A stretch of DNA of 64,000 nucleotides, taken from NCBI GenBank assembly GCA_026770705.1, contig JANJGN010000034.1, positions 3,286,001 to 3,350,000 on the forward strand, read 5' to 3'. The DNA is from Isurus oxyrinchus (taxonomy: Eukaryota). Shown in pieces: positions 1 to 12,943 of this stretch (positions within the stretch are counted from its first letter, which is position 1; each line of letters begins with the position of its first letter). Under the pieces are notes generated by a model. The model saw only the letters and a program-made list of their open reading frames with translations, made no database searches and had not been told where the DNA came from. The translations under genes were made by a program, and so were the position numbers.

Positions 1-965
1 GGAGGAGGGGCAGGTTAAAATGTATCCAAATTTGCTGACTATAGAAAAATAGCTGGGAAGGCATATTGTGATGAGCACATAGGAATCTGCAAAGCGATAT
101 AGATAGTGGGTTAGTGGGCATAAACATGGCAGATGGAGGTTAATGTAGGAAAGTGTGATGCCATGCACTTTGATAGGCTGAACCAAACCAGGCTATTATT
201 TAAATAGAGAGAGACTCCAAAAAGTGCAACACAGAATGGCCTGGGCATTCTGGTGCATGAAGCACAAAATGTTAGCATGCATGTGCAGCAAGTAATTACA
301 AAGGGAAATTGAATCTTGGCCTGTATTTCTTGGATTTTGGTGTTTAAAAAATAGGGAAGCCTTGTTACGTCTGTGCAGGGTGTTGGTGAAGTTGCACTTG
401 CAGTATTTGTGTAGAGTTTTGGTCCCTGTGTTTAAGAAAAGATAACATTGCATTGGAGGCTGTTCTAACGGGATTCATTACGCTGATTCCTCGGATGAGG
501 GGGGTGACTTATTAATAATGACTAAAGGGTTTAGTTCCTTAACCATTAGAGTTTAGAAGAATGAAGTATGATCAGATTTAAATGTACAGGATTCCTAGGG
601 GTCTTGCCAGGGTAGATATTGTAAACTTGCTTCCATTAGTTGGGTAATCTCGAACTAGGGGCATAGTAACAGAAAAAAAAAACGGGAAACACATTTATAA
701 GTGACATGCAAAGGTTTTTCTTCACTCAGAGGGTAGTGGTTGTCTGGAATCTTCTGTCTCAGACTGTTGTGGAAGCTAGATCATTGGAAGGAGTTCTAAG
801 AGCAGATAGGTATAATTTTGAAATTTAGTGGATTTGAAGCCTATCAAGAGGTGGCACGAAAGAGGCGTTGCTGCCTGGGGCAAATCAGCCACGATTGTAT
901 TAAACGGCAAGGCAGGCTTCAGGGGACAAAGGGCCTTCTCCTGCTACTATGTCTTACGTCGTTAT
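1..965 (+). mobile_element. CR1-group LINE, degenerate 3' part (RT C-terminus and 3' tail)
   Basis: Translates piecewise to KFADY..IAG, WQMEVNVGKCDAMHF and FFTQRVVVVWNLL, typical CR1 RT-end motifs with stops and frameshifts. Ends in a tatgtcttacgtcgttatg tail. Confidence 0.85.
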
Positions 966-1169
966 GCTCTAACTATTAATATACTATTGGGTAGTTCTCA
1001 CAGGTATGTCACAAGCCCACATATGTAAAACAGGAAGAGTTTTCAAGGTTGACAGGATTGGCCGTGTCCTTGTTGCTTCTGGTTCTAGGTCGATTCTTTT
1101 CTCCGTGCGGCTTCATTTCATTATGACTTTTCTGCAGTGGCATGATACCAGTGAGTGTTGTTCCCTTGT

Positions 1170-1400
1170 GCCTGTCCAGACCAAGGCCAGATGAAAGGTG
1201 GCAGATGCTGTTCCCCTAAGGGAATTGCTGGAATATATGGGTTCTTATGGTAATCGATGCTGGCTGTCATGGTCAAGATTGATGAGACTGGACTTTTGAA
1301 ATCTAGATCTATTACTTGAATTTTAAATCGACCAGTTCGCATGATAGGATTTGAACCCCTGCCGCCATAGTGTGGGCCTCTGAATTGCTGGCCGAATGAA
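1170..1400 (-). mobile_element. tRNA-derived SINE fragment
   Basis: Similar to the copies at 8810-9113, 16610-16800 and 53500-53800. Carries a reverse-complement B-box-like sequence (ggatttgaaccc). Confidence 0.6.
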
Positions 1401-2029
1401 CTTATCATTGTGCCACTCTCTTCTGCAAATGAGATGGAAATGATTCTCTCAGAGTTCATTTGAATTTGGTAATCCCTTCCCAAGCCAGAAGTATTGGCTG
1501 GGTCATTGATTATATTCTAGGGTAATTTGACATATACTTGATTGACAAGTACTGAAGGGTTTTCCACGGTAGTGAGGAAACTGGATTTAATGCCACCATT
1601 ATATCATCCATGCTTCTATTGAACAGCAGAGCAGACTGGAGTTGCTGAAGAACCCAATACTGCTCCTGTTTCTTATGTACATGCGTTTGGCTGGTAGCAC
1701 ACTCGCCAAGCCATCCAACGCTGTGCAATGCACTCAACTCCATCGATGCACGAAATTGAATACCTAGCGTGTCCTTCTACCAGACAAACACAATTAAATT
1801 CGTTTCCTAGGCCTTCATCTGGTCCAATTTAAAGAGTCAAATTTTCAGGATTCCATTGAACGAGTTATGGTGGAGAATGTACTTGTGACGGTGCTGCGCT
1901 GCATTGGAGGATAATATTTTTTTTGCAGTACACATCACATATTTGCATAATGTTTATAAAGTGCTTTGTCATTGCAGTAAATAACACGGGAATAAAACTA
2001 GCTCAGTTTTGCTATTCAGAGTTTCATAT

Positions 2030-2260
2030 CTCACTCAAGAGACTTGAGCTTACAACCTAGGCTGACACTCCCAGTAAAACATGAGGAAGTCCGGCACTGT
2101 CAAGGATAGCTGATTGCGGATGAAACGGCAATCCTTGCAGCATGACGTAATGGAACGGGCATCACTATTTTCAGGAATTTCCAATGGGTGTGCAGGGTAA
2201 ACCAACAGCTAACACAGATAACATGGTGATTAACAATTTGCTAATCATTGACTATATTTC
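2030..2260 (+). mobile_element. Deu-domain SINE (SacSINE/AmnSINE-like), degenerate
   Basis: gagacttgagc..ctaggctgacactcc..gcactgtc resembles the Deu domain and the copy at 35180. Confidence 0.5.
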
Positions 2261-2552
2261 TACGCAAATGGGCTACGGAGACGGCAATGCCATTCTGAAG
2301 CTGTTTACCGCGCTAAAGGTTGCAAGAAATCTTACCGGCATCCTCCTTGGTGTTTCTGATGTGAAAGCGGATTGTAGAAATCGGGCATACAACAAAAACA
2401 GCTAGAAATGCTCGCCAAGTTTGGCAGCACTGGTGGAGAGACAATTGGTGTTACCGTTACATCTCCGTGACATTTATTCAGGCTGTTGCCAGACATGCTA
2501 AATGTTTTGCAGAAATATACCCATTCAGTTTCTGAAGTGTTGGCTTATTTAC

Positions 2553-2579
2553 CTCGATCCTTGTCAAGTATAGACCTAG
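2553..2579 (-). CDS. Candidate 27-nt phase-1 microexon, (x)RSILDKDR
   Basis: ttttatgctttatctatctgtttacag|CTAGGTCTATACTTGACAAGGATCGAG|gtaaat. Resembles exon 19285-19311. Confidence 0.55.
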
Positions 2580-2627
2580 CTGTAAACAGATAGATAAAGC
2601 ATAAAAAAAATTACTATTGATGCTTAC

Positions 2628-2656
2628 GTGACTGCAGGCGCATTGTTTTCATTTTT
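2628..2656 (-). pseudogene. Candidate 29-nt exon (KMKTMRLQS), not frame-symmetric
   Basis: attttcaattcag|AAAAATG...GTCAC|gtaagc. One base short of a phase-1 30-mer within an A run, and the downstream intron is only 48 nt. Confidence 0.3.
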
Positions 2657-3869
2657 CTGAATTGAAAATATAATTTTCCGCAATGCGTTCGGTCCGTTTG
2701 AAACAGCTCAGGGATTATCCAATTCGGCAGAAAATAACAAACAAACAAACAAAAAAAAAATAAGAAATCAATGTCCTGTGAAAATAATATATTTAAATTG
2801 GGTTTGTGCTTGAAATTTACGTTTCACCTGAAGTGCTTTCACAATTGCGCTGACATGCCGGACCAGTACATATTTTCTGGAATGCGGCTCGACCCTAAAA
2901 CATTATTTATCAGAACCGGCTGCCCTACCAGGAGTGGAGGCCTAGTGATGAGATAATAGCCTTCGGAGAAGTAAACTTGCTGATTATTTCTCATTCGGCT
3001 TAAATTGGTGAATGTTAACTTGTCTCTTAGCTGTTCTAACAATCCCGCGACATGTATCAAGCTGATAGAAACTGAATCGCCGCCTTCTCACGTCATATTC
3101 CCGTACAAGATTCTGAGATGCGATTCCTCCCTTTCGGCCTCTTCCCTCTTCATTGTCCAACGCACCACAACTTCCCAGATGGGACAGCGATTCGAGTAGA
3201 TTTCATAGTGGCAGTTGAAAGTACTGTCTGATCTGGACTGGGGAACTGACATGCAAATTGGCTGATCAATTTGGAGAAAACTCCAATAGTGACCTCGCGC
3301 TTTCAGGCATTGTTCAGCTTCCTTCCACCCACCCCCCCCCCCCCCCCCACTTTTACTGTCACTTTGACCAATCTCCTGTTGTGTTCCATTCAATGCCAAT
3401 GCGACCTCGAAAGAAAACAGCTCAATATGCTTTAACACAATTTTCATTAGAAGTGAAAGTTGCGTTCAATATTTTCGGAGTATAACCCCAAAATTGGATG
3501 AGCCCGCTAAAATTCATAAGTAAACTTACATATCTACGCGGATGAATCAAAGTTATGGAACTGACTGGCCTTTACTACAGTGAGCTGATGTGAACACTTT
3601 CAGACGAAAGGCGTTCTTCTATGGAGAAAATTACTCTCTGCCTCCCCGACTCAAGCCGGTGCCTCCATTTTATGTCATGTTTTTTACTTTGCAAACTTTT
3701 CTTTTACTCTAAATTCGTTTTATTTTCCTTTTCTGGACGGCAGCTATTTATCGTTTTGCCTTGTGCACCTCTGACAGTGGCGTCTCTTTAAATCGCCCCA
3801 TTATCGCAGCATTGGACTTAATCGCACAATTACTTTGACTTTTACTCTCTCAGCTATTCATCCACTCAA

Positions 3870-4480
3870 CTGCAATTGCTCGTTTTGACTTTTCCTCACC
3901 CTCCACCTTTCTATTGATTGAAACCTATTGCTTTCCTATCATTTCCCACTTATAATGAGGGGACATTGATCTGAAATCGAACTGCTTCCTTTTTCACAGT
4001 TGCTTACTGTTCTGCTGGGAATTTCCCGCATTTTCTGTTTTGTATCAAACCGCTGTTGGCAGCTAAAAAAAATCATTGACATCTCGTCTGGCAAATAAGA
4101 AAGGGGAGGGAAAAGAGGACAAGAACACAGCCTATAAAAAATACAATAGGGGAATCAATCCCTTGAACATCATTGCAGCAGTTACATATAATTACATAAA
4201 ATGCATAGTTTCTCCCAGGCTATTTCCTCTCACCATATCACAATATCTTTCGCTCCCCTCTGCATCATGTATTAGCGAGATTTTCATTAAGCGCAACAAT
4301 GATTTTAACTTCAGTTAATCAATTTGTTCGATACCCTCGTCTGCCTCCGGATAGAGAATGTTCTATATGTTATTATTCTGAAATAAAGTCCTTTAACCGA
4401 TATTATAATTCTGTTTCTCTGTCCACAGGTTTTGCCAGCCATGCTGAGTTTTTCGAGCATTTCTATTTTTATTTCAATCG
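3870..4480 (+). mobile_element. Two degenerate Penelope-like 3' end remnants
   Basis: Terminal motifs such as ctctgtccacag..gccagccatgctgagtttttcgagcatttc are similar to the ends of the younger copies at 11774 and 13528. Confidence 0.5.
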
Positions 4481-4677
4481 TACTGAACTTTGTCTTGAAC
4501 TGAATCATGCCCAAGTTGTATATTTGGCATTCCGTAGTACTTCATAACTTTATCCGGATCTGGCAATTACTTGAATGACCCAGGATAATTTTCTATGGCA
4601 TTATGAAATCATACAGAGGATAAGAATATGTTTTCCGTTTAGGCTAATATGAAATGTTTATTCCTTATTTCGTGTAC

Positions 4678-4704
4678 CTGCATCTTGAAGCAGTTTGTCA
4701 AGAT
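4678..4704 (-). CDS. 27-nt phase-1 microexon, (x)LDKLLQDA
   Basis: tttcatgtgttttttcag|ATCTTGACAAACTGCTTCAAGATGCAG|gtacac. 24/27 identical to exon 20171-20197, with two synonymous differences. Confidence 0.7.
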
Positions 4705-5605
4705 CTGAAAAAACACATGAAATAGAAATTAATTGAGAAGTTGATGTGAGATAAATGAAGCACAAAGCGTCAATTGTCACTTTTCACGATGATATGGAAC
4801 CGATTCTATCAAATTTAACATTCTATTCGATTTTCTAGTCTACTGACCTCATGGTTACACTAAAAGAAATCCACATGTACCATGCCTCCATAGGCAGCTC
4901 ACCACACAGGGAATACTTCAATGTCTGGACGGATATAGAGAAGAGATTCTTGGCTTCTGACTCTTAGCAGTTTGGCTCAACCAGTTGTCTTTCGTTTCGT
5001 TTCAATGAGTCGTTTTCGTTCAGTCTCTGCTTAATATACATGGTTCCTATGATTGCTTATGGTTCTAATGCAGGAAAGAGCTGAAGGTTCAGCAAGACGT
5101 TAGGCAAAATCACTTTAAAAGTTTCCATTTTCGAATCGCTGAAGACAAGAAGTTGCCCTGAATTTAACAGTGGAGAATAGCATGTGCTGATTTGGTCGAT
5201 TAAATGTCAAAATGTTTTTCCTGATCTGTAAGATGAGCATCAGGCTTGATATCAGGATGCACGGATGCTACCATGTTGTTGATCATGCATGTTCATCTTT
5301 GAAATGCATGTTCATTACTTGTGCTTAAGCTACATGGAGCTTGACTGGTATATCACCATTGCAGAAAGTACACTGTCTACAACATAATCAGTGAATGCTA
5401 GATCAATGGAATGTATTCATAGATTTACTGATTTCTGACTGTCCCTGTAGTCAGAGCAATAATCAGTCTATTGAGTTCCCTAAACCCCCGAAGCATATGT
5501 TCATTCCTACGGTGACGTCATGCTTCAAGTTTACATGACTTTTGGCCATATGTAGCCACTAGTTTGCAGAGTAAAACATGCTCGATGCACCGCCTATTCA
5601 CTTAC

Positions 5606-5680
5606 TGTCTGTAATTATCTCTATGTATGAATCAATTTTGTTCTGTTCATTACCTGGATTGAAGAGGCATCGGGAGCCAT
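5606..5680 (-). CDS. Candidate 75-nt phase-1 exon, DGSRCLFNPGNEQNKIDSYIEIITD (an internal donor would give a 27-nt form, 5654-5680)
   Basis: tttctccttgcag|ATGGCTCC...ACAGACA|gtaagt. Open reading frame, symmetric phase. Confidence 0.6.
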
Positions 5681-6329
5681 CTGCAAGGAGAAACGTACAT
5701 GTAAATTTCACAGAGCACCGATGTTGAAGGCATTTGTGGAGTGTCGAAAATCCTATCGAGGCGAAAGAAAAGAATAACAAATAAACTTCGTTGTAGACAG
5801 GAATTTACTTTAGCTGCAGGCTTGATTTATTAGCATATAAGGAGCATTAAGAATCAACACTGAGAAATGAAATTGTAGAATGAAGCTGCAATAAGGTCTG
5901 TCATCGCATTCTCTGGCATTCATTTGTGCATTCAACTCCCCATTCATTTTGTACTCATTGATATCACCGCATTGGACTTTCACAATGTTGATTGACTAAT
6001 CTGCATCATTCCTAAACTATGGAATCCCGATCTAAACTATGTAAACTACCTAGCTTATTTTTCTCCTTTCAAGCTGTTTTCGTCACCTGTCCTAATAAAA
6101 TATTTCTGAAGAAATCAATATTTTGCTTTAAGGTGGCGCTGTGACGCACGTTGGTTTGTATTAATACGTTGAATCGCCCTGTTGAACAAAACATTCATTA
6201 TTATTTTGCTTGATTTTTCCGCATAGTTTTACTTAGTGAGGAGTGCGTTCAATTACTTGCACCCTTTCGCTGATGTCATTGATCATGACAATATGGAAGC
6301 AGCACAAATTGTGGGGCTCATTGGAGGAA

Positions 6330-6900
6330 ACAGGAAAATTCGAGTTTGACAACAGCAGCGGACACCAACTTCTGAACGTCAACCTAGAAGAAATTGCCAG
6401 ATCAGCGTTTCAAATAGATATGAAGAGCTGAAAGACAACATAATGTAAAAATTGGCTAGAGCACAGTCACAATGAATTTCTTGGGCCAGCGTAACAATAT
6501 TTCGAATGTGAAATGCTTCCCGGATGATTGGATGTTCGGAGCAATCGTGAACTGCCAAAATGGGCAATTGACCGATGGCAGTAGCGGGAGTGGCACAAGA
6601 CTCTTGCCAATACCTGGCAAGGTCTTCAGAAAGTTGTTCTCCGAAGGAATGAAAAACAAAAATATACTGTACCCTTGGTGAAGAAAGGACAGGTTCCCTG
6701 GGTGGCAGTTCATTCTGCGAGGAGGTCATTAGGCTCTGGAAGATGGTAGTGCTGAGCCTAGATTATAGGAAACCAGTTGTCGTGAACTTCAATGAATTGT
6801 GGAAGATTTTTTTATAGCTTTTATCGGCAGCCGTTCTGCTACATCACAAGACGATTCGGCATTCATAATTCGCAAAGTAGCTTCTTCAAATATACCATTG
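6330..6900 (+). mobile_element. RTE-clade LINE reverse transcriptase fragment, degenerate
   Basis: FPDDWMFGAIV..GTRLLPIPGKVF..GEERTG..YRKPVVVNF matches the RTE RT N-terminal pattern (PDDW..GII..RGITLLSIPGKVF..EEQAGF..PL.INF). Confidence 0.75.
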
Positions 6901-7199
6901 CACCAGCTGGAAGTTTGATGTAACATGGTTCTGTTCATACGAAGCTAACACACACTAACACATCCAAACAGCAGATTTAATAGCATGCCCATGGAGCCTT
7001 AGTTGCTGCAGCAGCATGCACCTTTACACTGATCTTGTAGCCGGAAGTTATTTCAGTAATGGTAGAGTGTCCAATTTTTTTCCATCACATGGCCGACCCA
7101 GAATATGTCCAGCTCCTACCGTCTGCCATTGGTCTGTGTTATAATGGTTTACACATTGATACTCACCATTTTGTGACCACGTTGTGCTTTGCACATCAA

Positions 7200-7545
7200 G
7201 TCCTGGAGTATGACTTGAAAGTAAGGATGTAATTGCATTACATACATTTCACAGAAGTTTCAACCCATTCTTTCCTAGAAAGAAGGAGCTACCCTATGAG
7301 GAGCGTTTCAATGCGTTGGGAATGTAACCATTGGACTTATGAAGATTGAGTTGCGAGCTTACTTAAAGGCAAATGATTCTGGGATAGTTGCTGAAATAAT
7401 GTCCCCCCTCGTGGCACGAGGCAACAAGCATTAGAAATAGGCTGTCTCCTCTTCAAAGCGGAATCAGTTTAGAACGTGACTGCATGGTTGCTCTGCATTA
7501 AGTTGTTATGGACTGATGGGTCAAAAGGTCCTCTGTACATTGATA
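7200..7545 (+). mobile_element. CR1-group LINE 3' fragment
   Basis: Degenerate YEERFNALG-type RT tail, followed by a gatgggtcaaaaggtcc 3' tail motif. Confidence 0.55.
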
Positions 7546-8239
7546 TCACCATGTGCTAAGCATTTTCCGTTCAGCGGAATTATTATGGGCATGATAACAT
7601 TAGCTACCATTTGCAACGTTGCAGGCCATAATACTTTAAACAAGTGGGTCAAAAGTTCGGAAACCCACCCTCCTTATTTAAACATCTATTTCAAAGGCAA
7701 TTCAGCTAATTACATACGCATCTCACTGCAATGACCTGATCAGCAGGCAATGATATGCCTTCAGGATTTGATTTACAATAGGTGGGGGATTTGCCTTTTC
7801 AAGGGCAAGCTTGTTGCTTCATCTTTTAATACTCTTGCTGAGACCAAAATTTTAGCAGTGAATTTCAAACTCAAATGCATTGCTGCTCATCTGACAGTGC
7901 AGGGTGACATTTCCGACTTGTTTTTTGATGAAGATTCTCCTGCCATTCAGAGAGGTCTTCTGATAGTTCGTTGAATATTCCCCTCACTCAAGGGTGAGTG
8001 GTGAAGCCTCTCGGAGCTAGATGGGGATTGTGGTCTCTGTTGGAATTACCTCCAGTGAGGAGGATACAACAATGAGGGGGAGGGGGAAAAGTAGGTGTTA
8101 GAGGAAGAATGGAATAGACGGCTCCTTCGGATACTATGACTCCTCGGGAATTGGATATGGATGTCCCAGACCACGATGGTCTAGAGGATCCCAGAAGGCC
8201 TGCTTGGAGGCGCAGGGGAGCTTGTGGCTCCCCAAGGAT

Positions 8240-9330
8240 GCACAGAGAGCAATTCAGCTCCCTGGAGCTGGGTGAGATTCAGTGCAGAAGACGGCTTTGG
8301 ATTTCAAATTAGCTGTTACATTGCAGGGTGATCTCATCCAACTACTTGGGAATAACTTGATGCCTGCCACAATAAATATGACAGTCGTGCTTTATTTCTA
8401 TGGTGCAGGCTCATGACAGGCAGCTTGTGGAGACCTCAGTTGGGATAGCAGCCTGCTGCACACAACTGCATTAAAGTGCTGACAGATGCAACGTTCCAAA
8501 GAGTTGGGAAGGGCATCACATTTATGCAGGATGTCCAAAGTCAAATGGATAGAGCCCGAGGTTTTGCAGCGGTTACAGAATGCAGGGAGCCAATGACTGC
8601 ACGCACTTATACAATTTATGGCTCCTGCTAGACATCCAATGCCTTTACAAATTAAACAATGTGGAGCTGTTGTGCGGCCATTAGCGGAGGGTCATACAGG
8701 TGTGTGGCAGATACTCGAACAGCTGTGAAAGCTCACACATTCAAAGGGGCACACAGTTTGCAGCAACATTCACTGGCCCAGATTCTTTGAAGGGGTGGCT
8801 GCTAGGTCCGCATCGCTGCCTAGGCCAGCAGTTATTTCCATTTTAAGGGCTTTTAAGAGTCAACCACATTGCAGTGGGGCTGGACTCACATGTAGACCAG
8901 ACTAGGGAAGGATGGTAGATTTCCTGCACTAAACGATATTAGTACACCTGATCGGCTTTTTTATTTTACAACAATCATCAATGGTTTCATGGCAATCAGT
9001 AGATTTTAATTCCAGATTTTTGTTGAATTCAAGTTTGAGCCCAAGACGCCATAGCATTAACAAGGGTATTTGGAATTCTAGACATGCGACAATACCATTA
9101 CACCATTGTCTCCCGTTGTTATGCTGCCCAGAACTGACGCAGCAACGAGGTAAAATGAGAGCCACATCAGCAGCAAAGGAGCAGTTGAGCATAGCGTCCG
9201 TCTGCTAAAGATGCGGTTCCTATGCATGGATAGGTTTGGAGGTACATAACATTACTCTCCCTCACGTGTGCCCCTGATGGTCGTGGTTTGCTCTGCACTC
9301 CACACCATTGCCGTCCAAAGTGGACATGTC
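8240..9330 (+). pseudogene. Harbinger/PIF DDE transposase (HARBI1-like), inactivated and split by a SINE
   Basis: Piecewise translation: FSSLELGEIQCRRRL, LYFYGAGS*QAACGDL, AAHNCIKVLTDA, GANDCTH, GWLLG, then after the SINE: ESHISSKGAVEHSVRLLKMRFLCMDRFGGT*HYSPSRVPLMVVVCSALH. These are HARBI1-family motifs. Confidence 0.9.
8810..9113 (-). mobile_element. tRNA-derived SINE inserted into the Harbinger transposase
   Basis: Reverse complement of the family seen on + at 21330-21645. It interrupts the transposase just after GWLLG. Confidence 0.8.
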
Positions 9331-9484
9331 CTTGTGGCTGATGAGAGTTCAGATGGAAGCCGGTCCGCTGAGGACCAAGGCAATGCCTTGAGAGAGTAGG
9401 TTTTGTTCCTGCTGATGTTACTGGAGTGATTACATGGGTGTCCGTTATATCAGTGATGCCTTAATATGGCACAGGTTTCTATTG

Positions 9485-9638
9485 CACGTCTTCAGCTGCG
9501 ACAGAAGATGTTTGCCGAATTCTTGGGGCTCCATTTCCCGGCGCTCCACACGAGCTGTTCACGTCGATCATATGCTCCGTGCAGGTGGACATCAAGGTCG
9601 AACTCGCTGATTTAAGGCGGCAGCTTTGCCCCTTCCAT
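9485..9638 (-). pseudogene. Remnant of the Harbinger Myb/SANT-like partner ORF (N-terminus)
   Basis: ATG at 9638 gives MEGAKLPP*ISEFDLDVHLHGAYDRREQLVWSAGKWSP, which resembles the APRFSD..LEVL..V..RR..L start of Myb_DNA-bind_5 domains. It is convergent with the transposase. Confidence 0.5.
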
Positions 9639-11251
9639 AACGCCTCTCCTCTCACTCCAATGGCGCAGGCATGGGTGCAATTGAAAGGAGAAATATATGT
9701 GAACTGTTCAGCATCAAAAAGAGGGAGGCCTGCTGATTATTTAAAATTTCTGACACCTACAATGATTGACATGCTTGGCAGAGTTCAGCCAAAACTTGGA
9801 TTCACTTACCGGTCCATGCAGGAAAAGACAGATATCTTCACTATGGACAGTTGATTGATCATCTGAAGTGTTACCTGCCATAATCCCGTGCAAAGGGGCC
9901 TTTTTAATGAGTTGGTCATTAAATTGTTCAAGGTCACGGCTACAACCTCCAACACTGATTGCGCGGGATGGCATTCTGCAACCCACAGTTCTGCCGTCAA
10001 TTCGCGGCTATTACAGTATTGTGGGTTGGGTGCAAATGGTGGGCCTGTAAATAGGGTCACTACCGACGACCGCTTGTGGATCATACTGCCGGCGTGCATG
10101 ATTCTATAACATCAATCAGTTATTTAACTGTAAAATTATTTACTTGAAGTAAATGAAGGTTCTATCTGGAAAATTATATGACGGTGTCTTTAATTTAAAA
10201 AGTCTGTAAATTATTCTCTTTCTGCACAAAGTTGTGGTTCTTTCCAACTCCCATGGTTACTCCTTTCATCAGAACATTACGGTTGTCTTGGGCAACTTGT
10301 TTCAGCCTTAGCAAATATTGCTATTATATGGCTCTGTCAAAGACATTCATTTAGGAATAATCACCCAATTGCCACTAAATCATGATTTACTGGAGTCAGG
10401 GATGCTTTCCCAAGAGCTTGATAGCTGCCTGGTAAAATAGTTTTAAATAATAGATCGAATTTGATTTCAAGTCCGTCACATTCTTGCTACTGATACCATT
10501 AAAATTAGATAAATAACCATATGCAGTCAATAGTCTGATAAGAAATTGAATCCATTTTGGAAATAGCAAAACTCTATTAGTGGGCACGGAATTGTATTAC
10601 TTTGTGTTTCACAGTCCAGTTAGACAAATCAATTGGTCCAAATACTTGACTAAGTTAACTGTCAAGTTACCATATCATCTTCCAGGATTTGAGAAAATTT
10701 GTGAAACACTTTTTGTTTTCTCTGGCATCCTCTCATTTTATCACACAAGCTCCCTATTGTCCCTCCTAATGTACATTGCTTTACAGTTTTCCGCAATAAA
10801 TTGCATTGTTATTTGTCACCAACTGGAATATTCTCACAAAATCCGCCACATGTCTGAACACAGAAGCAGATTATGTATGCGCACGTTCAGAGGTGGGTGT
10901 TTTAAAATGGTGACGTTGATCCCGATGCACGGATTATTATTTCGACATGAACACTTAAATTCCACTATGGCCTTTATAGGAATTGAATTTAGTCAATTGA
11001 TGTAGAATGATAACAGTGGTAATTTTGGAACTAAAGACTTATATCAGTATTATTGGCAATGGAATTTCCAAAACTTCTGGAAAGTACCAAATGATTACTC
11101 AACCATTGCAGGGAAGGAATCAAATACTGTCGGCCTTCCAAATTCCAGTTCACCAGCAACTTCTCAAGACCATCAGTCATGGAAAAAAAAAATCAGCATT
11201 TTCAGCAAAGCCAATGTCCCGTGAATCAATATATCACTGTACATGGAAGTC

Positions 11252-11301
11252 CCAGTATTTCACTGCCTTCATGCAATGCCTCCAGTATTTCACTGCCTTC
11301 A
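11252..11301. repeat. 20-bp direct repeat with 30-nt period
   Basis: ccagtatttcactgccttca at 11252-11271 and 11282-11301. Confidence 0.9.
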
Positions 11302-11773
11302 GTTCTATGTGGACAATCGCTTAGTCTGAGAATCCTCGTACTAAACTCTCAATCAAACGAAATCTGCCTCTGAACATATAACCGACAAGGTGGAACATTA
11401 TGTACACAAAACCTCTCTGCCTAAGCCTTGGAGAAACTAACACGAATAATTGTCACCTATTAAGGCTACTCTGAATTTTAAAAACATTGATCGATTCGTT
11501 GTCGATTGCACAAGCAAGCAGCGCTTATTCATCACAACTTGTTCAGGGGTATTTTGCTTGGGTTCCACCAGTGCCTCTTGGCTTCCGACATCCCTCCATC
11601 CCTGTTGCAAACATGGTTAAAAAAAACAAAAGAAATTAGGACAGACTGAAAGTATTGCTCTCCAAATCATATTGCCACCGATGTGGCATCAAGATGCACA
11701 AGCAAAATTTGGAGTCAACATGAATCAGGCAGAAAACTCTCTTTTAGATGGAATCATAATTGGCACAAACTCA

Positions 11774-12943
11774 AAACAAAAACAGAATCACCTGGAAAAA
11801 CTCAGCAGCTCTGGCAGCATCGACGAAGAAGAAAAGAGTTTACGTTTCGAGTCCTCATGACCCTTCGACAGAACTAGGTGAATCCCAGGAAGAGTTCAAA
11901 TATAAGGTGGTTTAAGGTGGTGGGTGGGGGGGGGGGGGGTGGGGAAGTGGGGCTTGGTGGGGGGAGAGAAGTGCAGGGGGGTGGTGTTGTAGGCAAAAGC
12001 AGTGATAGAAGCAGATCATCAAAAGATGTCACAGGCGGCAGAACAAAAGAACACATAGGTGTCGGAGTTGGTGATATTATCTAAACGAATGTGCTAATTA
12101 AGAATGGATGGTAGGGCACACAAGGTATAGCTGAAGAGGGGGTGGGGGGAGCATAAAATATTTTAAAATATTTAAAAATAACGGAAAGAGGAGGGAAAAA
12201 GAAATAGCTATATAATTTATTTGAAAAAAGCAAAAGGAAGGGGGAAGAAACAGAAAGGGATGGAGATGGAGGAGGGAGGTCAAGACCTATAGTTGTTGAA
12301 TTCAATATACAGTCCGGAAGGCTGTAAAGTGCCTAGTCGGTAGATGAGGTGTTGTTCCTCCAGTTTGCGTTGGTTTCACTGGAACAATGCAGCAAGCCAA
12401 GGACAGATATGTGGGCAAGAGAGCAGGGCAGAGTGTTGAAATAGCAAGCGACAGGGAGGTTTGGGTCATTCTTGCGTACAGACCACAGGTGTTCTGCAAC
12501 GCGGTCGCCCAGTTTACGTTTGGTCTCTCCAATGTAGAGGAGACCGCATTGGGAGCAACTAATGCAGTACAATAATTTGGATAAAATGCAAGTGAAATGT
12601 TGCTTCACTTGAAAGGAGTGTTTTGGCCCTTGGACGGTGAGGAGAGAGGAAGTGAAGGGGCAGGTGTTACATCTTTTGCGTGGGCAAAGGGTGGTGCCAT
12701 AGCTGGGGGTTGGGGAGTAGCGGGTGATGGAGGAGTGGACCAGGGTGTCCCGGAGGGAATGATCCCTATGGAATGTCGACAGTGGCCGTGAAGGGAACAT
12801 GTGTTTGGTAGTGGCATCATACTGGAGTTGGCGGAAATGGCGGAGGATGATCCTTTGAATGCGGAGGCTGGTGGGGTGATAGGTGAGGACAAGGGGGACC
12901 CTATCATCTTTCTGGGAGGGAGGAGAAGGCGTGAAGGCGTGAA
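11774..12943 (-). mobile_element. Penelope-like element, 5'-truncated, with GIY-YIG endonuclease
   Basis: ORF 12333-13067 contains RVPLVLTYHP...CNTCP...LLYCISCSQCGLLYIGETKRKLGDRVAEH (PLE GIY-YIG). TSD ggcacaaactca (11762-11773) / ggcacaacctca (12944-12955). Confidence 0.92.

Noticed and set aside
3040-3320. Promoter-like CRE and CCAAT motifs
   Set aside because: Short motifs are expected by chance, and no linked first exon was identified.
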